DNA of 63,617 bases, counting the filler, from Chrysochromulina tobinii (Eukaryota): NCBI GenBank assembly GCA_001275005.1. It is 9 parts of 9 records of this genome, joined end to end, with 100 filler letters (N's around TTAATTAATTAA, not from the genome) between each part and the next. Parts side by side here need not be neighbours in the genome. Positions count along the whole stretch, not along the records: positions 41,530 to 45,942 come from JWZX01000603.1; positions 46,043 to 50,384 come from JWZX01000604.1; positions 50,485 to 58,906 come from JWZX01000605.1; 6 more parts are not named here. One strand, given 5' to 3'. Each line of letters opens with the position of its first letter. The first letter of the stretch is position 1. This document shows, piece by piece, positions 41,857 to 52,817 of the stretch. Under the pieces are notes generated by a model. The model ran no database searches and was not told the DNA's origin. It saw only the letters and a program-made list of their open reading frames with translations. A program made the translations under genes and the position numbers.

Positions 41857-43380
41857 TTACTTGCCCGGGTTCGCCTTCTTGAGCATCTCGATGGCCTTCA
41901 CGCCCATCAGGTCGGTCAGCTCGCACGCGTCGAAGTAGTCCTCGTCGGGCACGTCGGCGAGCGTCTTCTCGCCGCCGCACACGGCCTGGAACTTGGAGAT
42001 GCCGACGCACGAGCAGTTGAACTCGCCCACGGTGTACTCGGTATGCTCGTCGTCGCAGTTGCGAGCGTACGGGCCATCGGCCCAGTCATCGGGGTTCTTG
42101 GGGATGTAGTCGCACGTCCACAGGAGCGGCAGCGGCTCGCCCTCGAGGTGGAGCGACGGCAGAAGCGTCGGGATGTCAGCGTACAGCTTCTGGATGAGGT
42201 TCTGGTACTTCTTGTCGGTGGGCCTGTAGTACGTGTAGTCCGACATGCCGCCGACGGCCGAGAGGCCGCCGCCCATCGGCTTCTTGTGGATGGCCATCTG
42301 GCACGTGTCGCCCGCCATCAGGATGCGCACCTCGCCCTCGTCGATGCGCGGGAGCAGGCGCTGGTCGACGAGCTGGCCGTGCGCCGCCTTGCCGCCCTTG
42401 AGGTACTGGCCCGGGAAGGTCGACTTCCACTCGCCCGCGCCTTCGCCAGTCGGACCCTCGATGCAGAAGATCATGAACTCCTTGACGGTGTGGTACTCGA
42501 CGTGGTTGTCGTTCATCTCCATCAGCTTGAGGTAGGAGTCGTCATCGAGCGAGGACTCGCCGAACGACTTGGACGGGTAGATCTCGATCTTGGTGTTCGA
42601 CTCCTTGTCCCACAGCCAGCAGAGCCAGATGCCCTCGCCGGCCGAGCCGCGGTTCTGCTTGAGCACACGCGGCTGGAAGGCGCACGTCTTCTTGAAGCCC
42701 GTGATGAGCTCCTCCTCGGTGTAGTACGCGAACGTGTCCTTGAGGCCGCAGTTGAGGCTGCCGATGTTGACGAGCGCGTCCTTGGCGCCCATCTGGGTCT
42801 GGATCTTGGGCGACGACCAGATGAGCTTGCCCTTGGAGATGTACTCGTTCATGAGGTCGTCGAAGCGGGCCTGGGTGCCCTCGGGCGTGCCCTGCGAGAG
42901 CTGGCCCGGGTTGATGCGCACGACGAGCGCGTCGTACTTGCCCGACACCTTAACAAAGTCCTCGTGCTTGGTCGCATCGTAAAGGAGGAGGTCGCACGCG
43001 CCTCCAGCCTTGATGATGCTGTTGGCGATGGGGATCGAGTCCACACGGTTGCCGTCGGGGCCCTTGTCCGAGCCACCGTTCTTGGCACCCGGCACCTTGA
43101 ACTGCACGACGGCCAACTTGTACTTGGCGCCAGCCGGCGACGCACGGAGGGTGTTGTAGCGCTCCTTCTCCTCAACCTTGGTGGGCTTCTTCTCCTCAAC
43201 CTTGGCGGGCTTCGCCCCGACCTCTCCAGGCGCAGCGGTGGACGCTCCGCAACCCTGCCGAAGGAATGTGCGCGAGAGATGTCACTTGTAGATCCGAACA
43301 GAGAGTCGAATCGCGAGTCGAGAGTCGAAGGGACGGGTGGCGTGCAAAAGAGCGTGCTAAAGCGCAGCGAGGCACACCAT
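41857..43380 (-). CDS. Cj0069-family ATP-grasp-like protein with MGCGAS N-terminus (intron 43255-43377 directly after ATG)
   Basis: GGSDKG..G.R.DSIPIAN, VRINPG, MGAKDAL, RVLKQNRGSAGEGIW, VDQRLLPRI.EGEVR, GEFNCSCVG. The ATG|GT...CAG|GGTTGC splice is in frame. Confidence 0.8.
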
Positions 43381-43833
43381 TGTGCTTTCGGGAACGGTCT
43401 TCACGCGTCGACGTAGGTGCTCACTTCCTTCTCGAACACGGGAAAGACCTCTCTCTTCACCTCGCGGGTCCGGAACAGATTTCGGTCGAATTCCCACAGC
43501 GATATCCCCCATCATGAGCCCAAGCAAGTACAGGTCGTTACTTGACTTGACTTGACTTGACTTGATCGAGATCTCAATCTCGTTTCACACCCACGTGCAA
43601 CACCTCCCGGATCGCGGTGGACCATCCTGATTCACTCCCGATCGCACACAGGGGTAAGTAAGTAAGTACGTAACTCACGCCTATCGATTGGCCATCTATT
43701 GGCCATCGGGACGACGTTACAACAGTTTGCGAGCCTTCAAACGTACGGTACCAGTTGCCGTGTTCAGATAAACTTACTCATGTAGGTCCGTCCGCACGGC
43801 TAGAATTGGCGCGGCGCTAGCGGCGGCGCGCCG

Positions 43834-45758
43834 TCACGGCAGCAGCACAGCAGGCAGAATGAGCAATGCCACCTCAAGCTGCGAGAGCACCAGCGACGAG
43901 CCCTCTCGGCGGCAGAGCGTCACTTGCGTGACACTGGCATTGGGCATGGGCACGAGCCACCAGCGCGGCGATTGAGCCTCCTCGAGGAGGTTCGGGGCGG
44001 CGGCCACCTCGACGCCGCCAGCCGACGCTGTGAGCTCCAGCCCACGCGCGTGCCTCCACGGAAGGTGTCGCGGCGGCCGGGCACGAACGGCGGCGTAGGC
44101 CACGCGCAGCTCCGTGAGGGGGGAGGGGACATCGCCCTTGCAGCAGCAGCAGGGTCGAAGCATGGAGCACGTCAGTGGAAGGACAAGCCTGCTCAGGCCG
44201 TTGGGAAGGCGCTGCGCCTCGGCGTGCGCCATCGTATCTGCGGCCGCCTGCGCCGCCTGCGCCGCCTGCGCCGCCTGCGCCGCCTGCGCCGCCGTGTGCG
44301 ACAACTCAGCCACTCGCTCATGGTCGACTTCGTCGAGCCAGCTGTCGAAGACGCCCGAAGCATCGACAGGTGCACTGCGATTCTCCCGCTGTGGAGGCAG
44401 CCCACCGCGCACGTACATGTAGGTATCGTGAGGCACGTCCAGCCTGTCCACGTACCAGTCCTCGTTTCCCGCACGATCCAGCGCCGTATCGGGCGGCTCG
44501 CCCTCGGCCGCCGGCCAGTCGTCGTGGTGTGAAGCTGGTGTGAAGCTGCTGAAGCTGCCCTCGCGCAGCTGCTCGAATGCCTGTCGCCGCGCCTTACGCT
44601 GCGCGCGCTGCGCCTCGTCGGCCGCTTGCTTCTCGAGATGCTCCTGCCGCCGCCGCAGTAGCTTCGGCTGGAGCTCACTCAGCCGAGCTAGAATCCGATC
44701 GGCCACCGCCGGCTGCGAGTAGTGTGCAAGCACGTGCGCTCGCGCCGCAGCGCCCACCGCCGCGGCCTCCTCTCGGTGTGTGGCCACGTGACGAAGCACG
44801 GCTCGAAGGGCGAGCACGTCTGGCTCTGCCCAAAAGTGGCTGGCGTCGGTTGGGGCCTTGACAAGCTTGTAAGGTAGAGGGTAGCCCGTCTGCGGCGAGA
44901 GGAAGGCGGTGATGCCGCTCCAGTTGGTCGCGATCGCCGGCAGCCCCATCGCCATGGCCTCGACGACTGGCCGCCCCCAGCCCTCTCCGCGCGTCGGCAG
45001 CACAAAGGCATCCACCGCCCGGTACAGCGAAGGCAGCTCCGCCTGTGGAACGGCCTCGTCGAGAAGCACGACCGGGGGCAGCAGCTGCCGCGACTGCCCC
45101 AACGCGCCGCGGCAAGACGCTGGCGACGACACCCGCGGAGAGCCGCTGTCTGGCCGCGCCGCCGGTGGCCGTTTTCGGATCCATATCGCTCCACGTTTGA
45201 TCCACTCGGGCGCCGTGTCGGGCGCGGCTGCGTTGGCTGCGGCGTCGGCGGGAGTGTCGGCGGGAGCAATGGAGGAAGTGCCGGCGGGAGTGCCGGCGGA
45301 TTCAACGGTGGCGTTGCCGTGGGCCGTGGCGCCGCCCTCGCAGCCCTGCTGGTGGAGCGCGTCTGAGAGCCAGCGCGCGAGCTCCTCCTTGTTGGCCACG
45401 TCCGTGGACACGCGCAGGTAGAGCACCACCTCGTCCGCCGTACTGGGCGCTGTATCGGGCGCCACCTCGTCCGCCGTGCGTGCGAATTCGGCGAGGTAGG
45501 CCCGCAGCAGCACGTCCCATCCCTTGCGCTCCTCCCATTTGAACACGCTCAAAAAGGCAAACGCGGGCCGGCCGGAGGCGCCGACGCGTTCGGGCAGCTC
45601 CATCGGCGCCGTCACGAGCGGGTTGAAGAGGACGCTATCGAATGGTTGGGGCATGATCTGAAGCCGGTCGCGCTGCACGCCGGACGCTGCAAAGGTGGCG
45701 CGGTTGAACTCTGACGGAAGCCACACCTCGTCCACCCACTGGTTGCATGCGGCCGCCC
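43834..45758 (-). CDS. Glycosyltransferase family 4 (GT-B) protein, 5' exons missing
   Basis: DEVWLPSEFN, FLSVFKWEERKGWDVLL, DAFVLPTRGEGWGRPVVEAMAMG; acceptor TTCGCAG at ~45759. Confidence 0.88.
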
Positions 45759-46199
45759 CTGCGAACGCGAAGAGTCGGAAGCACGAGGTGGTCAGCGGGC
45801 GAGGTGCGGGCCAGGCCTCATCTTCAGCCTCCGGAGCTCGCGAGCCTGGTCTGCCACGCGTTCGGTCCGCGGGCGGACGGCTGCGGCGCGCGCGAGGGCG
45901 CGGGCGCGGGCGCGGGCGCGGGCGGCGGGCGGCGGGCGGCTGNNNNNNNNNNNNNNNNNNNNNNNNNNNNNNNNNNNNNNNNNNNNTTAATTAATTAANN
46001 NNNNNNNNNNNNNNNNNNNNNNNNNNNNNNNNNNNNNNNNNNAATTTATGGCCTCGAGCATGCTCTGCGACGGGGTTGCGCGCCTCGATGATGGCAGAGC
46101 CGCGTCCCCCGTTTTCCGGCCGCTGTCTTGGGTGGTAAGGTCCTCGGTGTGTGCGCCGATGGTGTGAAGAAAGGTGTGTGAACGTTAACACGAGCGACA

Positions 46200-46241
46200 A
46201 CTGTTACTGCCCGCTCTGAATACACACACCTTACACGACCC
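46200..46241 (+). repeat. Dispersed ~42-bp repeat, second copy at ~56829-56870
   Basis: ACTGTTACTGCCCGCTC(T/A)GAATACACACACCTTACA(C/T)GACCC on two different contigs. Confidence 0.8.
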
Positions 46242-46338
46242 GGGTGTGTTAGAAATCACGCAGAATACATAATTCACTCATACACAACTTACCTACATAT
46301 TGCTGGAGACCACGCCGCCCATGGTCAGGCAACCGCAA

Positions 46339-47085
46339 TCACACGTGCACAGAGGCGGCACGGCTGTGGGCCTGGCTAAGCATGGCAGGTGGCACACTCC
46401 GATCACTCCTCTGCCCCTTCGTACCTGACGTGCCACCTCGGCCCATACTGTCCGACGAGACCCGGGCTGCCATCCCCTCTCGCGTACCTTCGAGGATCCG
46501 CCTTTGGCGTGCCGAGGATGCGCTCGCGCTCGCCCCGGACGGTGGAACGACCGCGCCCGCTCCAACGTCGAGCGCCGTGACGTTCGGCACGCAATTCGGT
46601 ACGACCTTCGACCTCGGACGGCTCGAGGGTGGTACGAGGACAATCGGAACAGCGCGCCCCTTGGGAATCACAGCGCCCGTGCAGGACGCGTCACTCGTAT
46701 GGGACGCGTCACTCCCGCACTCCCTCAGTGTGGGGGGCTGGCGGATTGCGGATGGTTGAAATCTCGAGCAGCCGGCATGCGGGGCGCTCGCCGAGCTCGC
46801 CGCCGGCGGTGTGGATGCGCCGTCGGCGGAGAAGAGATTGAACGTCCGCTGATGTCGCCGGCGCCAGAGCCACAGCAGCAAGAGGAAGAGCCCGAGCAAG
46901 GCAGACGCGGACAAGAGAGGCGCAGTGGAGAGGAGGACGTCGCTTGCACCAAGGTCGAAAGCGAAGACAATCGGCGGCGGGAGAGAGGGCGGCGGCGGCG
47001 AGGGCGGCGGCGGTAGTGGTGGTGGCGAGGGAGGCGGAGGCGACGGCGGCGGTGATGGCGGTGGAGGCGAGGGCGGCGGCGGAGA

Positions 47086-47120
<35 letters not shown>

Positions 47121-47165
47121 AGGGCGGTGGCGGTGAGGGCGGCGGCGGCGAGGGCGGCGGCGGCG
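46339..47165 (-). pseudogene. Headless SPPP-stalk + transmembrane + cytoplasmic tail fragment
   Basis: (SPPPP)n then ALLGLFLLLLWLWRRR; starts immediately after the Sel1 gene stop with no start of its own. Confidence 0.5.
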
Positions 47166-47167
47166 AG

Positions 47168-47959
47168 TCAAGCTGCTGGATGCTCACGCAGCCATGTGGC
47201 TGCTTTCTCTGTGGCAGGTGTGCAATCATCGAGCGAGGCGCTCGCCACCATCGAGTAGTAGCGGCGCGCCATCTTCTCGTCCTTCGGGAAGCCCCAGAGG
47301 CCACTAGCGTATGCGCGTCCAAGATTGACGCACGCAAATTTGCTGCCGCGTCCGGCGGCGTCCATCAGCAGCGTAGCTCCACGCACAAGGCACTTTGGCA
47401 CGCCGACACCATCCACGTAGCACCCTCCAAGCTCGCCAGTTCCACTTGCATCCCCAGCCTCGTGGCTCTTCTCGTACCACTCGAAAGCCTTGGCCTCGTC
47501 ATTTGCGAGGCCCTTCTCACCACGCTCGTACCAAACTCCCAGGTTGTACATCGCCCTGCCATCACCAGCCTCGGCCTTACGCAGCGTCGCCACCTTCTCC
47601 TCCTCCTCCAGCTTCAGCTTCCACGCGTCCACCTTGTCGCCCGTGAGAGCGCCCGAGCTGACCATCGCGCGGATCATGTTCTTCACCCGCAGCGCCGGCA
47701 GCAGCTTCGTGCCCATCGCCAAGTTCGTCACCGGGCTCTTGTGCTGCTGCTTGAGCCACTCCTCGATGGCCGAGCGCTCGTACACGTTGCCGTCCTCCGC
47801 CATGACGGGGTCGACGGGCAGCGAGAAGGTGATGGGGCAGACGAGCTCGGCAAAGGCCTCCTCGGTGGCGCTCTTGTGTCGGCGAAACTCCTGCGCCGTC
47901 TCGTCCGCAGCCGCGCGGCCGCGCGCGCGCTTGGGCGGCATCGGGACGATTTGGGACAT
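47168..47959 (-). CDS. U-box + Sel1-like repeat protein
   Basis: LVCPITFSLPVDPVMAEDGNVYERSAIEEWL; AMYNLGVWYERG..GLAND..KAFEWY..S Sel1 repeats. Confidence 0.9.
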   Translation of the reverse strand: MSQIVPMPPKRARGRAAADETAQEFRRHKSATEEAFAELVCPITFSLPVDPVMAEDGNVYERSAIEEWLKQQHKSPVTNLAMGTKLLPALRVKNMIRAMVSSGALTGDKVDAWKLKLEEEEKVATLRKAEAGDGRAMYNLGVWYERGEKGLANDEAKAFEWYEKSHEAGDASGTGELGGCYVDGVGVPKCLVRGATLLMDAAGRGSKFACVNLGRAYASGLWGFPKDEKMARRYYSMVASASLDDCTPATEKAATWLREHPAA

Positions 47960-48359
47960 TTGGGCGTGAAGCCCAGCTGTGAAGCCGCGTGACGTTCACA
48001 CGCGACACCCGACAGACACCCGGTGCTCCGGATAGGTCTGTTTCGTTGGCTGGCGCCGTTCTCACACCTCACCGCAATACTGTACGCACACAGAGCGAGA
48101 GGATGCACACATAGAGGGCACACCGCCCTGTGAGGGGCCTATTCCCTATAGCTCTCACACACACATCCACACACGAACCTTGCCCACGCGAATGTATAGA
48201 GGATGGGCCACTGCGCTTACGCCCCGGTCCCTCCCCGTATATGATGGTTGTCGCCGGGCCCCTCCTTCGGGGACGGCTGAGCGCGCCGATTTCACTTCGC
48301 CGCTTCTTGCGTCGGACGTGCGCCTCTTCCTCGACGGTTGTGCAGCAGATCACAGCAGA

Positions 48360-50384
48360 TCACAGCAGTGAGGCCTCGTACAGCTGCTGAATCTCGATGC
48401 GCTTGTCGTGGAGGAACGCGTAGTCTACGTGCTTGATGGCTGTGCGCGCCGCACAGACTGAGGTCGCGTCGTGGTCGTCAAATTCAACGACCCTCGATGT
48501 GTGCCAGTTCGTCATCAAGTGGCGCCGCTCCGCGTCGAAGAAAAAGACATGTGGTGCATCAAAGCCGTCGCCTTTGATTCTCGCTCGCACAGCAAAGAGT
48601 CGAGCACCCGTCAGCGCGATTAGTGCACGCTCGCGCCCGCCAGGTGACTGGCACAGCAGGGACGTGACGTCCCGCAGAAGGACGCCCCTTGCACGTGACC
48701 AGTCCACGACAAAGTCGTCAGGAGTATCCACAAATGGATCGTACATGTTGTGGAAGTCCACCCGCATTAAACCCAGCCGAGTGGCCATGCCCAATCTGTA
48801 GAAGATTGTGTGCATCGTCTCCTCCCAGCACAGAGAGAGTGGCAGCTCTCCCTGCCTGGGAGCGGCCAGTCTCGGCACAGCGTTGTCCCCGAGCACCATG
48901 CGGATTGCACTCTTCTTAAGAATAGTGTATCCACCTGTCTTCTGTCTCTTGCCACTCGATCGCCCTCGCCGGGAACGGTTGCGCCTTCCACGTTTCTTTT
49001 GCCCTTGAAGTATCAGCTCGTCAAAGTGCATGTCCTCGTAGGTTTCGCCATCATCGAACTTGACCGTGTGCATCCACACGCCGTCCACCGACGAGCTCGA
49101 CACCACTGTTCCGCGGTAGAGCGCTTCCCCCCCCCCCTCTTTGACAAACATGACCTGCACCCGGGCACCATCTGGTGCCCGGGTCGCCGCGCCGCCGAGA
49201 TCACCGCCGAGATCGCCAAGACCAGCACCGCCGAGATCGCCGCCCTCGCCACCTCCGTCCTCGCCACCTCCGTCCTCGCCACCTCCGTCCTCGCCGCCGC
49301 CGCCCTCGCCACCTCCGCCCTCGCCGCCGCCGCCCTCGCCGTGACTGCCACCGCCGCTGCCGTTGTAGACGGGTGCATCACCTCCGCGGACTGTGTTGCC
49401 GCCTTCGCCATCGACGCCTCCGCCGTCACAACCGTCGCTGCCGTACGACGCAACCGCTGCTTGGGACGTTGAGGCGCTGGCGCTGCTCGTAACGGCGCTG
49501 CTCCCGCCGCTTGCGTCAGAGGTGGCCGACATGATGCGTGACGCGTGCGCCTGCATCGACTGGCTCGAGAGCCCCACGGATCTCACAGGCGCCGTGCCGA
49601 GCGCCAGTGCGAGCGCTGTCTCGAGCGTGCCAACGGCGCCAGCGCCGTCCACCTCCATCGCGTCGTCCGCGCCCTCCGCCGGTTCCATCGGCAAGATGGT
49701 GCCGGCGGCAGCAGAGGGCGTCACCTCGTCACCTCCCGCGTCGACCGCGCCCGCAACGGTCGAGGGCGTAACGGCCAAGGGCATCACCTCCGCCGCATCG
49801 CCCGTACCCACGGCAGGGGTCAACGGCTCGTCGATGCCGGGGGTGGGCGCCTTGGCGACAAGGCCACGGGCGGCGAGACCCTTGCGACGCAATCGATTCT
49901 TGGGACGGTCTTCCACATGCGCAGCTTCCTCGACCGGCACCCGGTGATCAATGAAGCTCGCACTGCCCCAGTCACACCACATGTCAGCAAAGTCAATTCT
50001 CGACAATTGATCGTCGGGCATATCCGACGTGGCGCGGCGTTGCCTCGGCGCCTGAGGCGCCGTTTGCAGATGCATCGACGGCCCGTCGTCGCCGTCACAG
50101 AGCAGCTGCGCCGCCACTTGCCGCCTCACTCTGATGCAGGAGTCTTCCACGCTTATGAAGCGATCGTTTTTAGTGCTCAGGCCAATCCAATGAATTAGCA
50201 AATCTTGAGCCTGTGGGCCAAAGGCTGGCCTTGCTTTGATACATTTGCCGAACTGACCCTGGCCACTCTGAGCATTTATGTAGTAGATGTCATCGCCATG
50301 CTTGAATACTGTCCTTGAGTCAGGCACAGTGTTGAAGTCCTCTTTGTTCAATGTTGTTCGGGGCATCACTGGACGCGATCGCCA
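48360..50384 (-). CDS. Hypothetical protein with Tudor-like domain and basic NLS; 5' truncated
   Basis: Long intronless ORF; RVQVMF...YRGTVV...HTVKFDDGETYE (Tudor-like); KKRGRRNRSRRG. Confidence 0.55.
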   Translation of the reverse strand, partial: WRSRPVMPRTTLNKEDFNTVPDSRTVFKHGDDIYYINAQSGQGQFGKCIKARPAFGPQAQDLLIHWIGLSTKNDRFISVEDSCIRVRRQVAAQLLCDGDDGPSMHLQTAPQAPRQRRATSDMPDDQLSRIDFADMWCDWGSASFIDHRVPVEEAAHVEDRPKNRLRRKGLAARGLVAKAPTPGIDEPLTPAVGTGDAAEVMPLAVTPSTVAGAVDAGGDEVTPSAAAGTILPMEPAEGADDAMEVDGAGAVGTLETALALALGTAPVRSVGLSSQSMQAHASRIMSATSDASGGSSAVTSSASASTSQAAVASYGSDGCDGGGVDGEGGNTVRGGDAPVYNGSGGGSHGEGGGGEGGGGEGGGGEDGGGEDGGGEDGGGEGGDLGGAGLGDLGGDLGGAATRAPDGARVQVMFVKEGGGEALYRGTVVSSSSVDGVWMHTVKFDDGETYEDMHFDELILQGQKKRGRRNRSRRGRSSGKRQKTGGYTILKKSAIRMVLGDNAVPRLAAPRQGELPLSLCWEETMHTIFYRLGMATRLGLMRVDFHNMYDPFVDTPDDFVVDWSRARGVLLRDVTSLLCQSPGGRERALIALTGARLFAVRARIKGDGFDAPHVFFFDAERRHLMTNWHTSRVVEFDDHDATSVCAARTAIKHVDYAFLHDKRIEIQQLYEASLL

Positions 50385-50484
50385 NNNNNNNNNNNNNNNN
50401 NNNNNNNNNNNNNNNNNNNNNNNNNNNNTTAATTAATTAANNNNNNNNNNNNNNNNNNNNNNNNNNNNNNNNNNNNNNNNNNNN

Positions 50485-52288
50485 TGCTCGACAGCGCCGA
50501 GGCTGCCGGCCGGCCCATCCCGTCCCTGACGAACAACCCGGACGCGCTGCCACAGCGTGGCTCGTGGGCCGTTCGCCGTCTCGACGAGCGACCGCATCTC
50601 CTCGGGGGTCGGCGATTCTGCGTCCAGCTCTTCGTGCTGGTTGCGACGGAGCCGCTGCGCGTGTACGTGCACAGCGAGGGAATTGTCTGGCGAGCGGCGC
50701 GCGCGTGGCATGCTCCGGTCGGCCCGCCGGAGACGTACGCGAAAGGTCCTCGCCGATTCTCAACGTCTGCTTGGCAGTCGGGCGCTCGCGACTTTGCGAC
50801 ACGGCTAGTACCTGGCGAGCTGTGGCCACTAACGTCCCTGCTGCGCCGGCTCGAGGACACCGAAGCCTCTCCGGACTCCACCGCCGACACGGATGGCCAG
50901 GCGAAGCTGAAGCGTGCAGACGGCAGCGCGAACGCATCGGTGACGGCAGCGGCAACGCTATGGGGATCTCTCGAGCGCGCGAGTGGTGCGGCGGCGGTTG
51001 CGAGCCTCTCACGTCAAACGGGATCGGGCTACCGCCATCCACGCACGGGCAGCGGCTTCCCTGGCAGTCACCTCTACCGTTCGATGATGGGCTATGGCGA
51101 GCCTCTCACGCCAGCAGCCGCGGCGGCGCGCGGATACGCTGGGGCGTTCCAGCTGCTCTCGGTACGACTCCGCTCAGCTCTTGATTGCCTCTGGATGGCC
51201 ACTAATTGCAATTGATTGCACTTGATTGCCTCTCTCCTCAGGTGCGACTCAGCTTAGATGAGGCGCTCACTCCGACCATCCTCTCGGTCGACCCGAGCCC
51301 CGAGTTGCCACTCGACCGACGCTTCGACCCATACCGGACCGCGCAGCAGCCGCCGCAGCCGCCGCAGCCGCCGCAGCCGCCGCAGCCGCAGCAGCCGCAG
51401 CGGCCGCCGCAGCCGCCGGAGCTGGCCCCCGAACGTAAGGTCGAGCTCGTGGACACTCTGCTGGCGCAGCCGCTGGTGCAGCCGTCGAACATGCCCTCAT
51501 CGTCGACGTCCTCACCGGACGCGCTGACCAAGGCAGCCGGCGGCCGGCCAGCGGATCAACGCGCGCGCCGGCGTGCGGCGGCGGCAGCGACGCTGGAGGC
51601 TGCTTGGAGCGCGGACGTAGGGCAGCCGTGGTGGCATGCCAACTGCATGCGGCGCGTGGCATCCGACGTCCTCAACCTGACGGGCGCGGTGCAGCACCCG
51701 CGCCGTCGCGAGCTCTTTCGGGAGTTGCGCACCCAATTGCAGCGCGCCGTCACAGTGCGATCTCTCAAGGGCTCCTCTCGAAAGCAGCAGCGCGAGCTCG
51801 AGCAGGAGCGTCTCCGAAGGGCCAAGGGGATGCGTGGTGGCAAGGGGGCTCATACCAGGAGCGGTGCGGAGGGCAAGAGGAAGCGCCGCGGCTGGTTCAG
51901 TCAGATCTCGGGAGCTTTCTCATGGTTCATGGGATCAGTCTCGATGGGCGACAGCAGCGAGTTTGAGTGCAAAATGAGGCTTCCACTGACCACGCGCGAG
52001 GAGGTTGACGAACCTTGCCTCACGGCCGCCGACGTAGACCAGCTCACATTGGCCGATACTGAGTTCCTTTGGCGCTTTGGGTTCCGGCGTATCGTGCCCG
52101 GGGCGGCGGACGAAGCGCGCCGCGCGTTGCGCCCCTTGAAGCCAGCTGACATGCTGCTTGCGCGCTACCTTGCTCGATGGCCTAAGGATGAGGAGCCCAT
52201 GGCGCTGCCGCCGTGGGTGCATGAGCTGGCCCAGAGAATCGAGGGGGAGGCGGCCGAATCTGAGGCTGGAGCTGGCAGCTTGTTGTAG
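50485..52288 (+). CDS. Tubulin-tyrosine-ligase-like protein, degenerate, 5' truncated (intron 51162-51241)
   Basis: ERPHLLGGRRFCVQLFVLVATEPLRVYVHSEG and FQLLS|VRLSLDEALTPTILSVDPSP align with TTL motifs. Confidence 0.65.
51162..51241 (+). other. Family-B intron whose 5' end copies the downstream exon start
   Basis: GTACGACTCCGCTCAGCT vs exon GTGCGACTCAGCTTAGAT (14/18), then TTGATTGC repeats and CTCTCTCCTCAG; removal restores frame. Confidence 0.82.
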
Positions 52289-52817
52289 GACGCCAAGACG
52301 GTGATGATACAAATTGAGGCACAGATCGAACGCTTTTTGCGTGGTGCGACTCGCGCGGGTCGGTAGGAGTTGTAGCGTGGATGTACAGACAAATTGTGTG
52401 GACATCTGTGGGTGCATCTGTGAACTGTCTATGGCACATGAGGTGATGACGAATTCAACAAACTTAAGACATCTTGACAACATCTGGCACACGCGACACG
52501 GGGCACGAGCCGGCAGGCCGTCCGCTCCATCCTCCAAAACATAGAGCACGCGTCCGCCAGCCACACTATCTTCAACTCCACTCTCGCCACATGTGAGCCA
52601 CATGTGAGCCTCATGGACGACATGCAATGCGCGTGCGCGCCGCCCGCCGCGCCAAAATAGGACATGAATGGTCGGACCTCAGAGCTCCCGAGCTCGCGGC
52701 CTGGAGACTCGCTGCCGCCCGGCCGTGATTAATAACGTCGTTTTTCACGTGACATCAGCCCCGCGGAAGGCATGCGGTATGGCAAAGGCGGCCTCATTTA
52801 AGAGGAGTTGACGAGCT

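Noticed and set aside
41683..43416. 577-aa + strand ORF (and similar ones at 52845-54020, 14717-15907, 24483-25727)
   Set aside because: Antisense shadows of real high-GC3 genes on the opposite strand; no recognisable motifs.
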